This document shows positions 1 through 11,847 of a stretch of 64,000 nucleotides of DNA, piece by piece. The position numbers and the translations under genes are program-made. The notes below the pieces were generated by a model, which was not told where the DNA came from, ran no database searches, and saw only the letters and a program-made list of their open reading frames with translations. How positions within the stretch are numbered: position 1 is the first letter of the stretch; every line of letters begins with the position of its first letter. This DNA is from Flectonema sp. DT1601. Lineage: Eukaryota. The stretch covers positions 1,178,001 to 1,242,000 of the forward strand of contig OZ025783.1 of assembly GCA_964019425.1 (NCBI GenBank), given 5' to 3'.

Positions 1-770
1 GAATCGATAGAAGTTACATTTCTTAACAAATGAGCAACAGTATTCATGTCACCACCACTACCCCGGGCACCCCATGTGACTACACTATCGTCCTTACGTA
101 GCGCTGCGAATGCCCCGTTGCTTGAAACAACCTGAACCACATCCTTCAATAAACCTGCTACTGTAGAAGTATCACCTCCGTAATTTATAAAACGATAAAA
201 CCCGTATTGCCAGGCAAATACCGATCCGTCAGTTGTCAACGCAGCAAACCCCCCGACAGACATACTTATTGATTTGATGTTGCTTAAATTTTCAGGAAGA
301 GGACTAGCAATAATACCCTTGTATCCCCAACCAAGTACTGTTCCATCATTCTTAATTGCAACATACGCAAATTCACAAGCGTACAGCAGCTTCACGTCTG
401 TTAGTGGTATCGAATTATCGAAAGAATATGAAACTGTGTTTCCCCAGAATAAGACTCTACCATTCTCCATAAGTGCAGCAAAGGTATCTCTTGTATGAGC
501 TATTTTAGTTATGACATTATTGGAAAGTAAATATGAGATTGACGAGCTATCACCTCCATGAGAACTCTTACCCCAGGACACTGCTCCTCGAGGTGTTTTA
601 ATTGCAGCAAAAGCTAATTGATTTCCAACAATACTCGTGACATCATTCAGGTCGCTGCTACTCAAATTGTGGAGAGGATTTCCACCCCTTCCGTCAATAC
701 CCCAAGCTACAATTGTCGCGCTCAAGACATTAGTGATGAAAGTAATTACTATTAGTAGCCTTCCCTTCAT
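1..770 (-). CDS. Secreted/surface RCC1-like (BLIP-II type) beta-propeller repeat protein, 3' part outside window
   Basis: Manual translation from ATG at 770: MKGRLLIVITFITNVLSA (signal-like), then repeats such as AFAALRKDDSVVTWGARGSGGD and AFAAIKTPRGAVSWGKSSHGGD. The frame is open to the window edge. Confidence 0.75.
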   Translation of the reverse strand, partial: MKGRLLIVITFITNVLSATIVAWGIDGRGGNPLHNLSSSDLNDVTSIVGNQLAFAAIKTPRGAVSWGKSSHGGDSSSISYLLSNNVITKIAHTRDTFAALMENGRVLFWGNTVSYSFDNSIPLTDVKLLYACEFAYVAIKNDGTVLGWGYKGIIASPLPENLSNIKSISMSVGGFAALTTDGSVFAWQYGFYRFINYGGDTSTVAGLLKDVVQVVSSNGAFAALRKDDSVVTWGARGSGGDMNTVAHLLRNVTSID

Positions 771-1326
771 GTCGTCCTTGAAGGTCATCTTTCATGGCTG
801 TTTTATAAATATTGTTATTAACAAATTCAAGTAAACTATTAAAATTATATCGTGTCAACAAACACTACATTGATATCTGTTCACCAACGATGTGAACCTT
901 TTCGAAGAACATATTTTAGTTGTAATGTGTAGTAAATTAACCAACGTGAAGTGTAACCCGCCATCTGTCACATTTGTTCTTCGTGAGGAGTGTTATGAAG
1001 TAAGAAAGAATATAATAAACAATGACACTCGGCTGTAATATAATACCCACCTGCATTCAGCCAGTACGACTCAATGTGGTGGTGTGGTCTGCTTCACAGA
1101 CAAAAGGTAAGTTGGAATATGAGCACGAAGAGAGATGAGGTTTTAATCTCTTTTTTCCTTTTTCTTTTCGGTTCTTTGCTACAAGTAAACAAGGTGGACA
1201 ATGGAACATGTGTGCAATGTATCACAGCCCACCAATCACTAATTCGATAAATAACAACATGATACGAAGCTACCCACGAGGGGGATGACTAAAAGTGAAC
1301 TACAATAACAAACTGTAAGTTAGTTC

Positions 1327-1899
1327 TTACTGATGAGCACAACCTGGTTTTCCTTTTGGTTCAGATTTCTTATTATCATCTTTCTCTGTTGAAGATGTTG
1401 AAGAGTTTGGTTCTGACAGTTCACTAAATTCGATAGTTCCTTTGATGGAATACTTTTCTTGATATTTATCTTCCCATTCTTTGAGTGTTTTGAGCTGCTT
1501 CTCACTGAGATCAGACCAAGTTTGATTTGATTCGTTAGTTCCGACAACAACTTTAGCGAGATGACGACTACAGTCAACACCAGAGAATGCGTGGTAGGCC
1601 ATCTTTGGTCCATAAAATGAAGGATCGACTTCATAAACAATTCCCTTACAAGATAAGTAAAGAGGTTGACCGTCCTCACCTCTGTACTGTTGGAGTTCTG
1701 TTAAAGTAAATTTCTTTTCCGGAATTACAATTTTATTCTTTTTTGGAAGTTTTTCTACGACATCATCATCACCAACGTGAATCGCTGCTTCTCTGATGTC
1801 GTCGTCACTCATTCCCTTCGCTTTTAAAAATGATATCTTTCGAGTCGCATCCTGAGACTGAACGCCAGGATTCTGAAGAAACTCAATTGCCTTGTCCAT
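1327..1899 (-). CDS. Pex14 N-terminal-like domain fused to cytochrome b5-like heme/steroid-binding (MAPR) domain, C-terminal CaaX-like motif
   Basis: AIEFLQNPGVQ..RKISFLKAKGMSDDDIREA matches the Pex14_N pattern. FTLTELQQYRG..LYLSCKGIVYEV..FYGP...YHAFSGVDCSR..WEDKYQEKY matches MAPR/b5. The protein ends CAHQ. Confidence 0.8.
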   Translation of the reverse strand: MDKAIEFLQNPGVQSQDATRKISFLKAKGMSDDDIREAAIHVGDDDVVEKLPKKNKIVIPEKKFTLTELQQYRGEDGQPLYLSCKGIVYEVDPSFYGPKMAYHAFSGVDCSRHLAKVVVGTNESNQTWSDLSEKQLKTLKEWEDKYQEKYSIKGTIEFSELSEPNSSTSSTEKDDNKKSEPKGKPGCAHQ

Positions 1900-2231
1900 A
1901 CCTAGTGATGAGGGGACTGTTGTAATTAATTAATTATAATCATCGAAGTATAAATACAATCACAATAAAAAACAAGCGTGCGATTAAGAATAATGAATAA
2001 CAAAAACAGCAGATAAATCAATAACAGTTGGTTGGGAAACCACCCAATTATATAAAGGTAGAGTTGAATGACTTGATTGGAAAATCAGTTTTCACAAAAA
2101 AAAAAAGAAAAACGAAGAGAGAAATAAGAGCATCAAACCAGCCTTCGTATTCATATGACTTAGCGATCACAAGAAATAATAATAAAGTAGTCGAATGTTA
2201 TTAAAAATAATTAATATTAGAAGAAGATGGT

Positions 2232-5180
2232 TCAGATCACACGATGTTTTTGGTAGCTGGGAGCCCTTACTAACTCTACACTGCAGACAGAAATTGGAGT
2301 CAATCGCACGGGTGTTTTCTTCTTTTGTCGAAGGACGTCTTTTAATTTCAACATCGGAGTAGTATCCAAAACAGGAATATCTAAACTGCAATCGTCAGAT
2401 GAATTAATTGTGTTGGAGTACTCAGTCTTGTTAAGTTGCTTCTGAGACTCTACAAACACTCCAGAAAGGGATTTCACTTCAACTGAAACGTCCGGAGATT
2501 CTACGGTCAAAGGTTCAATTTGAGAGGGTTTCGAACTGGAGAGAAGTTTGCTCCCGGGTGACGAGAGGGCTTTTGGATCACCAGCAGAGAAAACAACACG
2601 ATCCGGTTCCAGAGCAGATCGCTGTAATGCTACTAGATTCAAGTTAGTCTCCGGAGAGAACATTGATGGGACAATACTTTTAATTCTATGCGGAGTGCGA
2701 GATGATTGTCGACGGACAACTGGTCGTCCTCGTAGCTCTGGTAATAAAAAACTTCCACACTTCGATGAAGATAACGGCAAAGATTCATCCAACGACCTCA
2801 ACGGTGGTAACGAGACACTAGCAGAACCATAGCCTCCTATGAAAATACCGTCAAAGTTAAAACATTGTAAGTCACCAACTAATACACCAGCAACAATTAT
2901 TATTTTATAGTTCTCTGACACCGTAATACTCGAGAACAGATCTCCTTTATTTAATTGGAATGAAGATCTTAAATACCAAGTTGGATTTTTAACTGAAGAA
3001 ATGTCCAATACGTTAACAACACTTTCATCTTCATCAACACACGCAGCTATTTGAGGATATGAAATATTATTATCAACAATAATGTGATGAACTTTAATTG
3101 TTTTGTTATGTTCAGTGTCGATGATGTTTATCGAGTGAGTTTCATCAAAATTAGTATCGACAAGGAATAGTTGAGTGTGAGTGCTGGAGTCAGTAAAGAC
3201 GATACCAATTCCTTCAACGGGTAGCATTAATTCACATTTCGGTAAATTAGTCAATCGTTTGTGTGCTCTCCAAGCAGAATTTTCACAACTAAATAAATAA
3301 ATACTCATCGCGTTAGTCAAAACTACCAACACCACCCTTGTATTCGATACATTTGCTGGAACTGCCCTCCCCATTGAGACTGGGTCACCGTCCATACCAT
3401 TAAAACAGTGAAGCAATGCTTCTGTCTTCTTCTTTGATGCGTCTGGCCAACAATAGACTTGTTTACTTGATAGGCCAATAATGTATCTGTTTGTGTTTTA
3501 GTTCTCTCAATTGATTACTTGTCTTCTTCATTAATCAGATAACCAGACATACCTATTATTCCCACTCTCAATAGAACATAAAGACGTTATCGAAGATGAT
3601 CGTTGTTTTGATGTTTTTAAAGTACAAATTTTGATGATTTCATTTGTTGAATAGTTGAAGATGATAATTTTATTTTCAAATCCGATAAGAAGACGCTTTC
3701 GAGTTATCTCAATCAACAAACAGTTTGCTGAATTGATATCGAGAGACGATGAGGAAATCAATAATCCTGTACAAATATCTATCACACTACATGTGCCTTC
3801 AACATCTACAACAAGTAGATGATTACTGTGATCTAAGAAAGACGTGTAGAGTAAAGATGGTGAACGAGAATCATTTCTTTCATTGTTTCCAAACAGTGTT
3901 AGGATGTTTGATTTATCAGAATTGCTTTGAATAGATCGACGTAATTGATATGTGTGGAGAGTTTGACCTTCACCATGACCAGCTAACAGAAGTCTATCGG
4001 TTGAGGAATCAAATTGAATTTTACTAATCAACTCAGAGTGTCGTATTGTTTGAGATAATCTCATCATTCTGATATCCCAAACTCGTATGGTATCATCAGC
4101 TAATGAATACAACTGTTGATCCTCAACATTAAAAGACGTCGATATCGGTGGTGACGTATGACCTACAAGTTTCCCACAAGGCTCTGAATTCTGAAGTAGT
4201 ACTACTTCTTTACTTCCTCCTAATGTTGTAGCCAGTAGTCTCTTGTCTGGATTCCATGATAGGGATGAAATACTTTTCTTCTTTTCATTTAATATTTCCG
4301 TTATTATTTGTTTTTCAACATGTAAAAGTTTAACAGATCCATCCCAACTACCAGTCACAAGATTACCGGCAACTTGAATCATCGTTGTCACCATGTCTGT
4401 GTGTACTTGAGCATTCCATAACAAAGGTGATGGGTTGTCATTATTCAAAGATGTACTGAGTGAATCAATGTCTCGGTAGAGTCGAATTTTGCCGGTGACA
4501 AAACCCGCGCATGTAATTCCAGAAAACAGTTCACAACTACTAATTGGACTGCTGAGTCCAGTTAGATTAGTAGTTTTCATATTTGAGAGTATTGATGTCC
4601 GTAAAGGAAGTGAGCTGCTTGAATACCTACGAAGGAAACTCAACGTCTTGCTGTTATAGTAAGCCAAACATCTATTAAAAGAAGAGACAACGAGAACATC
4701 TCGTGAGGTGTCAACTTGTGCATCAGTCAAGTTAATCATCCCAGCTGTGTATTGCGATAGTAAAAGACAGCCATCACTTCCCCAAAGTCTAATTTCACCA
4801 TCTCCATGAATTGTAATTGATTTACCTTCGTGACCAATACACATTATCCGAATAGCTTTTCTTCTTGTGGCGATACTTATTGTTTCAGATGGTTGTGTTC
4901 TATTTTTAACGAGAGTTAAATTATCATCTACAGCGTCGTTGTTCAATGCGTCCTTCGTCGCCTGAATTTGAGAAGACTGTATTTCATCCCACGTGACTTC
5001 CCCTCGTACATGACTGTCAGCTTTTCTATAAGCAGCAGCCGCTTCTTCAGATGATAACAGGTTTCTCAAACACAATTCTGATGTGAATTCTCTCTCTGAA
5101 AGATCTCGATCACCGAAGACTTCTGAAAGCTGCTGCAACGCAGACAATGAGAACACCCTTGACCATATCTCACCACTCAT
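2232..5180 (-). CDS. EF-hand-like + WD40 repeat protein (WDR49-like); one intron at 3487-3552
   Basis: ORFs 3531..5180 and 2232..3416 join in frame through GTATGT...AAACAG (66 nt). Motifs ADSHVRGEVTWDE, LVTGSWDGSVKL, GH...TIRVWDIR. Confidence 0.75.
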
Positions 5181-7619
5181 GGTGTCTAAGATTTAATTAT
5201 CCATTGATGGTATTGTTGTTAATACATTTTGTTTTTTAAATTTACTGAACTATAATAACATAATTGATCAAAGTCGTACATCCATCTCTCAGCCTACTTA
5301 ACAAGTGGTCCTCGTTTTGTGTCATTTATAGAAGTCGGTTCTCTTTTGATATAAAAATGATGATTTAGTCACTTAAAACACACAAACAATCCTTAGTAAG
5401 AATATGACAGTTGAAAGCCTTCAGTAAAACACAAAGACGATAATTGAAAAGTTGACGTACGAGGATGAAATAAACACCTCAAAAATAAAATAAGAAACAC
5501 GGATTCTCCTCTTTAAAAGACAGACGAGATGAGAAAACTGAAATACAGTTTTCTTATTATCTATTCGCATCCAGTGGATTACTTTCTTCAGGTACTACAC
5601 TGAATTGAGTAGCACTGTAATAAAAACAAAAAAAAAACAACAACAAAAACAACGTGATGAATACATCTTTAGAGAGAGCAATACGCCCTTTAAAAGATTG
5701 GGAAAAAAAAGAGGGGTGAAACTTTGACAATGTAAACAAAAAGAGGGGGAAATAGAAATCTGAAGAACAAGAATACCCTTTGTGGGAACTCTGATCCTAA
5801 TCTTGTAGTTTTTAACTCGAAATGGAAACCCTAACAGTACCGTGATATGATACAGTAAGCGTATAATCACTATTTAAATCAGATGGCTTGTCAAAGACGA
5901 CTAGTAAAAAACGAATGAATTGATAATCGTATGAAGAAAATACTTCGCAACAAAAAGAATACAAATACGAAGGGAAATATAAAACTTTGACAGCACATCC
6001 AGCTTGTCAGAAGTAAGTCACTCGGTTAAGCCAAAGGGAGAATCCTAAATCACTGAAAGTACATTCAAAAAACATGGGATTTTAGTTTCCTTTTTTTTTT
6101 TTTTTTTTTTTTTTCAAAAATTTAAAAAGAAGAAAAAAAAGTGCACCAAAATAGAAATACACGAATAACAGCTACTAAAAACTCTCTTCACGACAAAAAT
6201 ACAAAAACATAAAGGTAAAAAGTTGCAAAAAAAAAAAAAAGAAGGGGGAAAAAATAGAAGAAAAAAAATCAAATCAACAGTTTTGCATCAGTGAGTCAGC
6301 CACGTCATACTCAAAGACAAAAAGACTTAATCTCTTTTCTTACATCCTTCATCGGTATTAACACAACCTGACACCTAACTTTCGGATAAAAAAAACTGAT
6401 CAGATCGATCAAAGTAAGACTTGTTTTGAGTAGTTGCCAAACGTGTTCTCAAAACAAAAGATAAGCAAAGTGTGACGGAAGAGATGGTTAGGATAGAACA
6501 CAGAATCGCCTCTGCGACAAGTTGTTTAGCAACGTCGAAGTAAACAAGAGGCGGATGAAGAAAAAAGAAACAGAATTCTATAAACTCGTTTTGTTCTTTC
6601 GGTACAAGCAGCAGCCTCTTGTTGACTAAATAAAAATATAAAACCCCGACAAACGAGAAAAAGATGATATTTCAACAACTTCACGAAGCAGGCAGCTTGT
6701 CTACAAATAGGGAAAGCAAAGCTCACTCACTCATTTTTGTTTTTCATTTTTTTTTTCTTTTTCAACGGTACAGTTGATGGCTGAGTTGAAGTCTTGTTTT
6801 CACATATCGCTAACCTGCATGTATTTATTTACCGAATCCTAATAAAACAATATTAGCCAACACCCGAACGTAATGAAAGAGTCTACACACACATCAGATT
6901 ATCAGGTTAATATACCACCAGACTTTGACGTAGCGAAAACAAGAAAAACAAAAACAAAAACGAAACAATTTACAACGAATCACTTATAGACAAGCCGCTA
7001 CAAAATTTATTTCTCTTTTTTTTTTCTTTTTTTCCAGTTGTTCTTTCTCCCTCGTAAGAAGAAATGAAATCGTTTATGTAAAGGAGAGAGCTGCAGTCAC
7101 AGCAAGACAGATGAGTGAACTGTTGTTGTGATACGACGAACAAAAGCCTCACGCCAGTTCTAAGTTCAAATCAAATAGTGAATGATGAAACGATTTATTA
7201 TACATAACGTGCCCGGATTAATCACAGACAATACATCTGTATAGAACAGGAATGATTGTAGACAAGTTAGAGATATAATTAGCAGAGAGAACACCTTATG
7301 GCTAAATGGTTTCCTTTTCTTTGAAATACAATTGATAGACGAATTGAAACAAATCAGAGTAAAAGGAAAATGTCATTCACAACTGCTGTCAATAAGAAAC
7401 ACGCGGATGTACAAGTCTGACAGATAGAAGGGGATGCATAAATAACTAGAAACTGACATGTAGTCAGGTCACGCGGCAATACAAGAGAGCATTCGCATTC
7501 GTTTTTTTTTTTTTTTTTTTCATTCTCCGATATAGACGATAATCCATCAGCAGCTCGACAATAATTGCTGAAGGTTTCCCACCCCTAGAATTTATTAACA
7601 AAGTAAACAATATTACTGC

Positions 7620-9221
7620 TCACAACATAGTATATCTTTTATTCCTTCCCGTTGACACTGCGGCATATGTCGCAGGAGAAAAGCTTAGCATAGATCCAGT
7701 TGATAAGTTGTGTAAGTCGTGTGGGTCAGTTGAGAGTTTCATACTCAAATGGAGTTCTCTTGAAATTCTACAACCAGAAGTTCCATACGTGTGAGTGTGA
7801 CGACGAGCTGGTAAAGGGTTTGGGTTCTCATTATCAGAAGGAGTAATCTCTTCGTGATTCTCATCCTCTTCTCGATACTGTTCAGCAATTCTATCAACTT
7901 TTCGAATTGCAAAGTACACCACAATACATTGAAGGATTAGTGCTGCTCCAGCACATCCTAAAATAACACGAAATCCCCAAATCAAACCTGCCTGGTCTGC
8001 AAATATTCCACCCACTAGTGGTCCTAAGGCATATCCAAAAGTATTATAAATAACTGACGCAAAGGCTGAGCAAATCCCTCGATGTTCTTTAGGGACAGCA
8101 GCTACGATTGTTCCCATGAGGCCTGGAACCATTGCTCCTCCAAAGAATAATAATAACCAAATGCATGCGATGAAAGCACTAAAGAAGTCAACAAACATTG
8201 CAGCGTATGAAAATGCCGTCGCAAGAGATCCCAAAACTAAACCAGTCTGACTAACTCTATCAAGATGTCCTTTATACCCTCCGACTTTAACTAAAAGTAT
8301 ACCTCCTACAATGATACCTGCTACAGGAGCAGTAGCTGCAGTGGCTCCAAATGCTGCTACTGCAGTATTTTGTTTAGCACCAATTGGACCATCATCACTT
8401 GTAATATAATCGGTTATCCAAGTCTGAATTCCATTCACAACAAAATATAAACTACTGAGAGTGAGTGCTGCAAACCAAACGAGACCTTCAGACGCCACGT
8501 AATACAATCCATTCTTAAGTTTGTTTATTGAAGGAGGAGGTCCATCTCTTCCACCAGCTCGAAGTTCAATATACCTGCTGGGGATTACTAAGTATGCGAG
8601 TACGAATGGAGCTAAGAATATTCCTTGAATGATAAAACACCACCTCCATGAAAGGTCAGAATTTGCCATTAAAAATCCACTCGTAAGATAACCCACAACA
8701 GTACCTAGTGGTCCTCCAGCTTGCAAGGCTGCCATGTAGGCTGAGGCAGAACCGGGTGGCGCAAACTCATCGACCCAACATGGGTAGAGGACAGTTATGA
8801 GTGCTTGTCCAAAACCAATTATTGGTCTTGTGATGTACATAACGGTAACGACTGGTGCTGCAGCGAACCCAGCAACACCAACAGCAACAATTAGTAGTGA
8901 AGCTTGTAGTAGTCTTTTTGCTGAAAATATTTCCAATAGAACCCCAGAACAAATTGATCCAACTATAATACCAACATATCCAAGAGAGACTAGTAATCCT
9001 TGTGTACTCTTTGATAATCCCATGTCTTCCATCATACTCTTATCAGTATGTACATTTTCATCACTGTTATCTCCATACACTGCTGCTAGTGCTCCAGCAT
9101 CATAGTGAGCAGCGATACGAGTTATTAATATCAACAAACACATCGCCTTTCGATGTGATGGAGGAAACGATCTCTCATCAGTGGCCGTCTCATCAACTGA
9201 GCTTCCCATCTTCAATTTCAC
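7620..9221 (-). CDS. MFS transporter, Spinster-like
   Basis: 533 aa with about 12 hydrophobic segments. Motifs YDAGALAA, ITRPIIGFGQA..PCWVDEFAP, GTVVGY, SWRWCFIIQG. Confidence 0.85.
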   Translation of the reverse strand: MKLKMGSSVDETATDERSFPPSHRKAMCLLILITRIAAHYDAGALAAVYGDNSDENVHTDKSMMEDMGLSKSTQGLLVSLGYVGIIVGSICSGVLLEIFSAKRLLQASLLIVAVGVAGFAAAPVVTVMYITRPIIGFGQALITVLYPCWVDEFAPPGSASAYMAALQAGGPLGTVVGYLTSGFLMANSDLSWRWCFIIQGIFLAPFVLAYLVIPSRYIELRAGGRDGPPPSINKLKNGLYYVASEGLVWFAALTLSSLYFVVNGIQTWITDYITSDDGPIGAKQNTAVAAFGATAATAPVAGIIVGGILLVKVGGYKGHLDRVSQTGLVLGSLATAFSYAAMFVDFFSAFIACIWLLLFFGGAMVPGLMGTIVAAVPKEHRGICSAFASVIYNTFGYALGPLVGGIFADQAGLIWGFRVILGCAGAALILQCIVVYFAIRKVDRIAEQYREEDENHEEITPSDNENPNPLPARRHTHTYGTSGCRISRELHLSMKLSTDPHDLHNLSTGSMLSFSPATYAAVSTGRNKRYTML

Positions 9222-9469
9222 AATATGATGGGACTATAGGAAGGAAACAATAAATAATATACACAAAAATGAGGGGAAATTGTTCAAAGAGAGAATCAAC
9301 AGCTAACAGTCTACATAGTTGAATGTGTTGTCTTGTCTGTATTCTAATGAAGTCTCATCACGTGTGTTCAGTAATTGAACAGAGATTTTAACAAGAAGAG
9401 GAATTTTGAATCTTCCTCATGAAAACAACAACAACACCCTGAAGCTAAAATGGGTGACACTTTCCGCTT

Positions 9470-9509
<40 letters not shown>

Positions 9510-11847
9510 CCACAATTATTCTATACTTCAAATCTCGTCCTTCTAATTACTTCTAACAATAAAAACGGGGTGTCACTCAAATGAGAAGTTTAATGCCTTA
9601 GATATTTTCACTCTTTCAAAGGGGGGGGGCCTTTATAAGGACAAAACTCAGTAACAACAAATCTTTTTAAAACAAAAAAAAGAGAAAGAGGGGGGGGGAA
9701 AAGAAGAATATCTACATCAACAAGACAGGGGGGGTTGAAATGTTTGAAAACATTTATGAAGAAATAAACATCTGTATTGTACCAGAGCTAACTAAAATAA
9801 ACATTAGTTTTGATACATGTTGACTAAAGTAATGTTAGTATAGGTAAACACTCTGCATGTGACGTAAATACTTAGCTGCATACACATCTCTTTTTCCGTG
9901 TTGTTTTTTAGTGCAGTAAATAGTCGTGAGAAACCAAAAACCAGAGGTATAATGTAATACGGCAGAGTGTAGGTTCAACCTGTTAATTACTTGTCAATAA
10001 ATAAATAATTCTTTTAAAAAAATGAGTTAGCTCACGCTGCTAGTTCTACGACAGGGAGGAGGAGGAGGAGGAGGAGAGAAGCAAAAAAAAGGATTTTGGG
10101 ATAAATTTGGTGTTTTTTTAGTTTTTTTTTTTTTTTGTCTCTAATTTTTTTTTTTCCTCTCCTCCTCAGCACTTAAGGAAAAAAAAAAAAGAGAATTAAA
10201 GCAACGTTACTGCCGATTCTTCTTTTTTTTTTTTTTTTTTTTTTTTTCCCCTCCCCCTGCACCTAATTTATATATCAGTAAGTTTACTACTAAATGCATA
10301 CTGATGTTACTAAAAGGTGAATATTTTTTTTGTGCGATCACAGAGGGAAATCCAACACCAAAAACAAAAAAATATTAAAAAAAAAATAACAACAATAATA
10401 AACAGCACCTCACTACACAAATAGGAATTTTAATTACTAGGAGGATACAAGAGAGTGGGTTTTTTCTTTTTTTTTCTTTTTTTTTTTGAACTCTAACTTG
10501 TCCACATCGGCCCCAATTAATCAAGGGCCGGGAAAAGAAGAAAGAGAAAAAAGAAGAAGAAAAAAGAAGAAGAAAAAACTGGATAAAATAACTGCGAACT
10601 ACTAATTGTAAGCAGGTGCAACGGGAGAGGGGACAGGGGGCCGTTTTTTTTTTTGTTTTTTTGTTTTTTTTCTTCTTTTTTTTTCTTATTCTTCTTTAAA
10701 ACGTAAACCCAGGGAAAAACACACTACCAAAAATTCCCAAAATATCCCTGAACCGAGCTACCAGTTTGTTTTTTTATTGAGGGAGGTGAGGCAAATGTGG
10801 TAGATGAGTATACCCAGAACGCGTTTTTTATTTTGCTTTGTATTCTAGTAGTAAAATATGATTCCTGCGTTCTATTATTTCTTTTTTTTTTTTTTTTTTT
10901 TTTTTCAGTCACACCCATTTATAACGTCCTCAATATATCTCTGCATTACAGCCGTGCAACACATCGCATTCTCAGTATATTGTTTTTTATAAATTTAAAA
11001 AGTTATCACAACAAAGCACACACCTCACACTGCCTCTCACGAGCAGTCAGTAAAGACACTGTAAATACGGAAGAGATATTTTCTAATTGTTGGCAGGTGA
11101 TTATTACAATAATTCACTACTGTGATTAACTTAAAAACAAAAAAAAACAAAAAAAACAATAAGAATTCAAGAAGAGGGGGCAAAAAACTGTTTTTCCCCT
11201 CTTGTCAAATAGGTGCCGCAGATATATTGTACAGGCGCTTGCTTCTTTGATTTTTCCAGAATGAAAAAAAACATCAAAAGAATAAAATAAATTTACCAAA
11301 ATCTGCAAGCTCAGTGCGACTCATAAAATCAGATTATTAGATAATAACGGTCACCTCCCACACCACATCGGAATGGGAAGACACTTCATTTATCTATCAA
11401 CACACAAAAGCTTCCGGACGACTTTGCAGTCACCCAGATCAATAGCTTGTCGCAATATCTTCAAAATACGTTCATAAACGGACCGATTCCGAGATTTTCA
11501 ATCCAGTTCGATTCTTGCGCAAAGAGATTTTTCTTCAACTACATCTACTGAAGAAGTCTATCATTGAATTCGATTTTTAAAAAGCTTTGGGTGCCTTTTA
11601 TCGTTGATTTCGTCCTCAAACGGATTCAAATAAATCCACAGAGAGAAACAGGAAACAGGGTGACGAAGTATCGTTCTATTTATGTTTTTCAAAAGTTACT
11701 TTTCAGAGGAAAGGGAAGGGGAGAACTAAGAAGATTCAGCAGCAGGGGAGGGGTGCCGGAGGTGAGGTGAAAGGATTGGGGGGAAGGCTTTAATCTAAAA
11801 TAATCAGCTACAACGATAATGTTTTTTTTCCTTCGATCACATGTTGA

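Noticed and set aside
5200..11800. Short ORFs in the long intergenic regions around the MFS gene
   Set aside because: They are homopolymer-driven F/K-rich translations, consistent with long UTRs.
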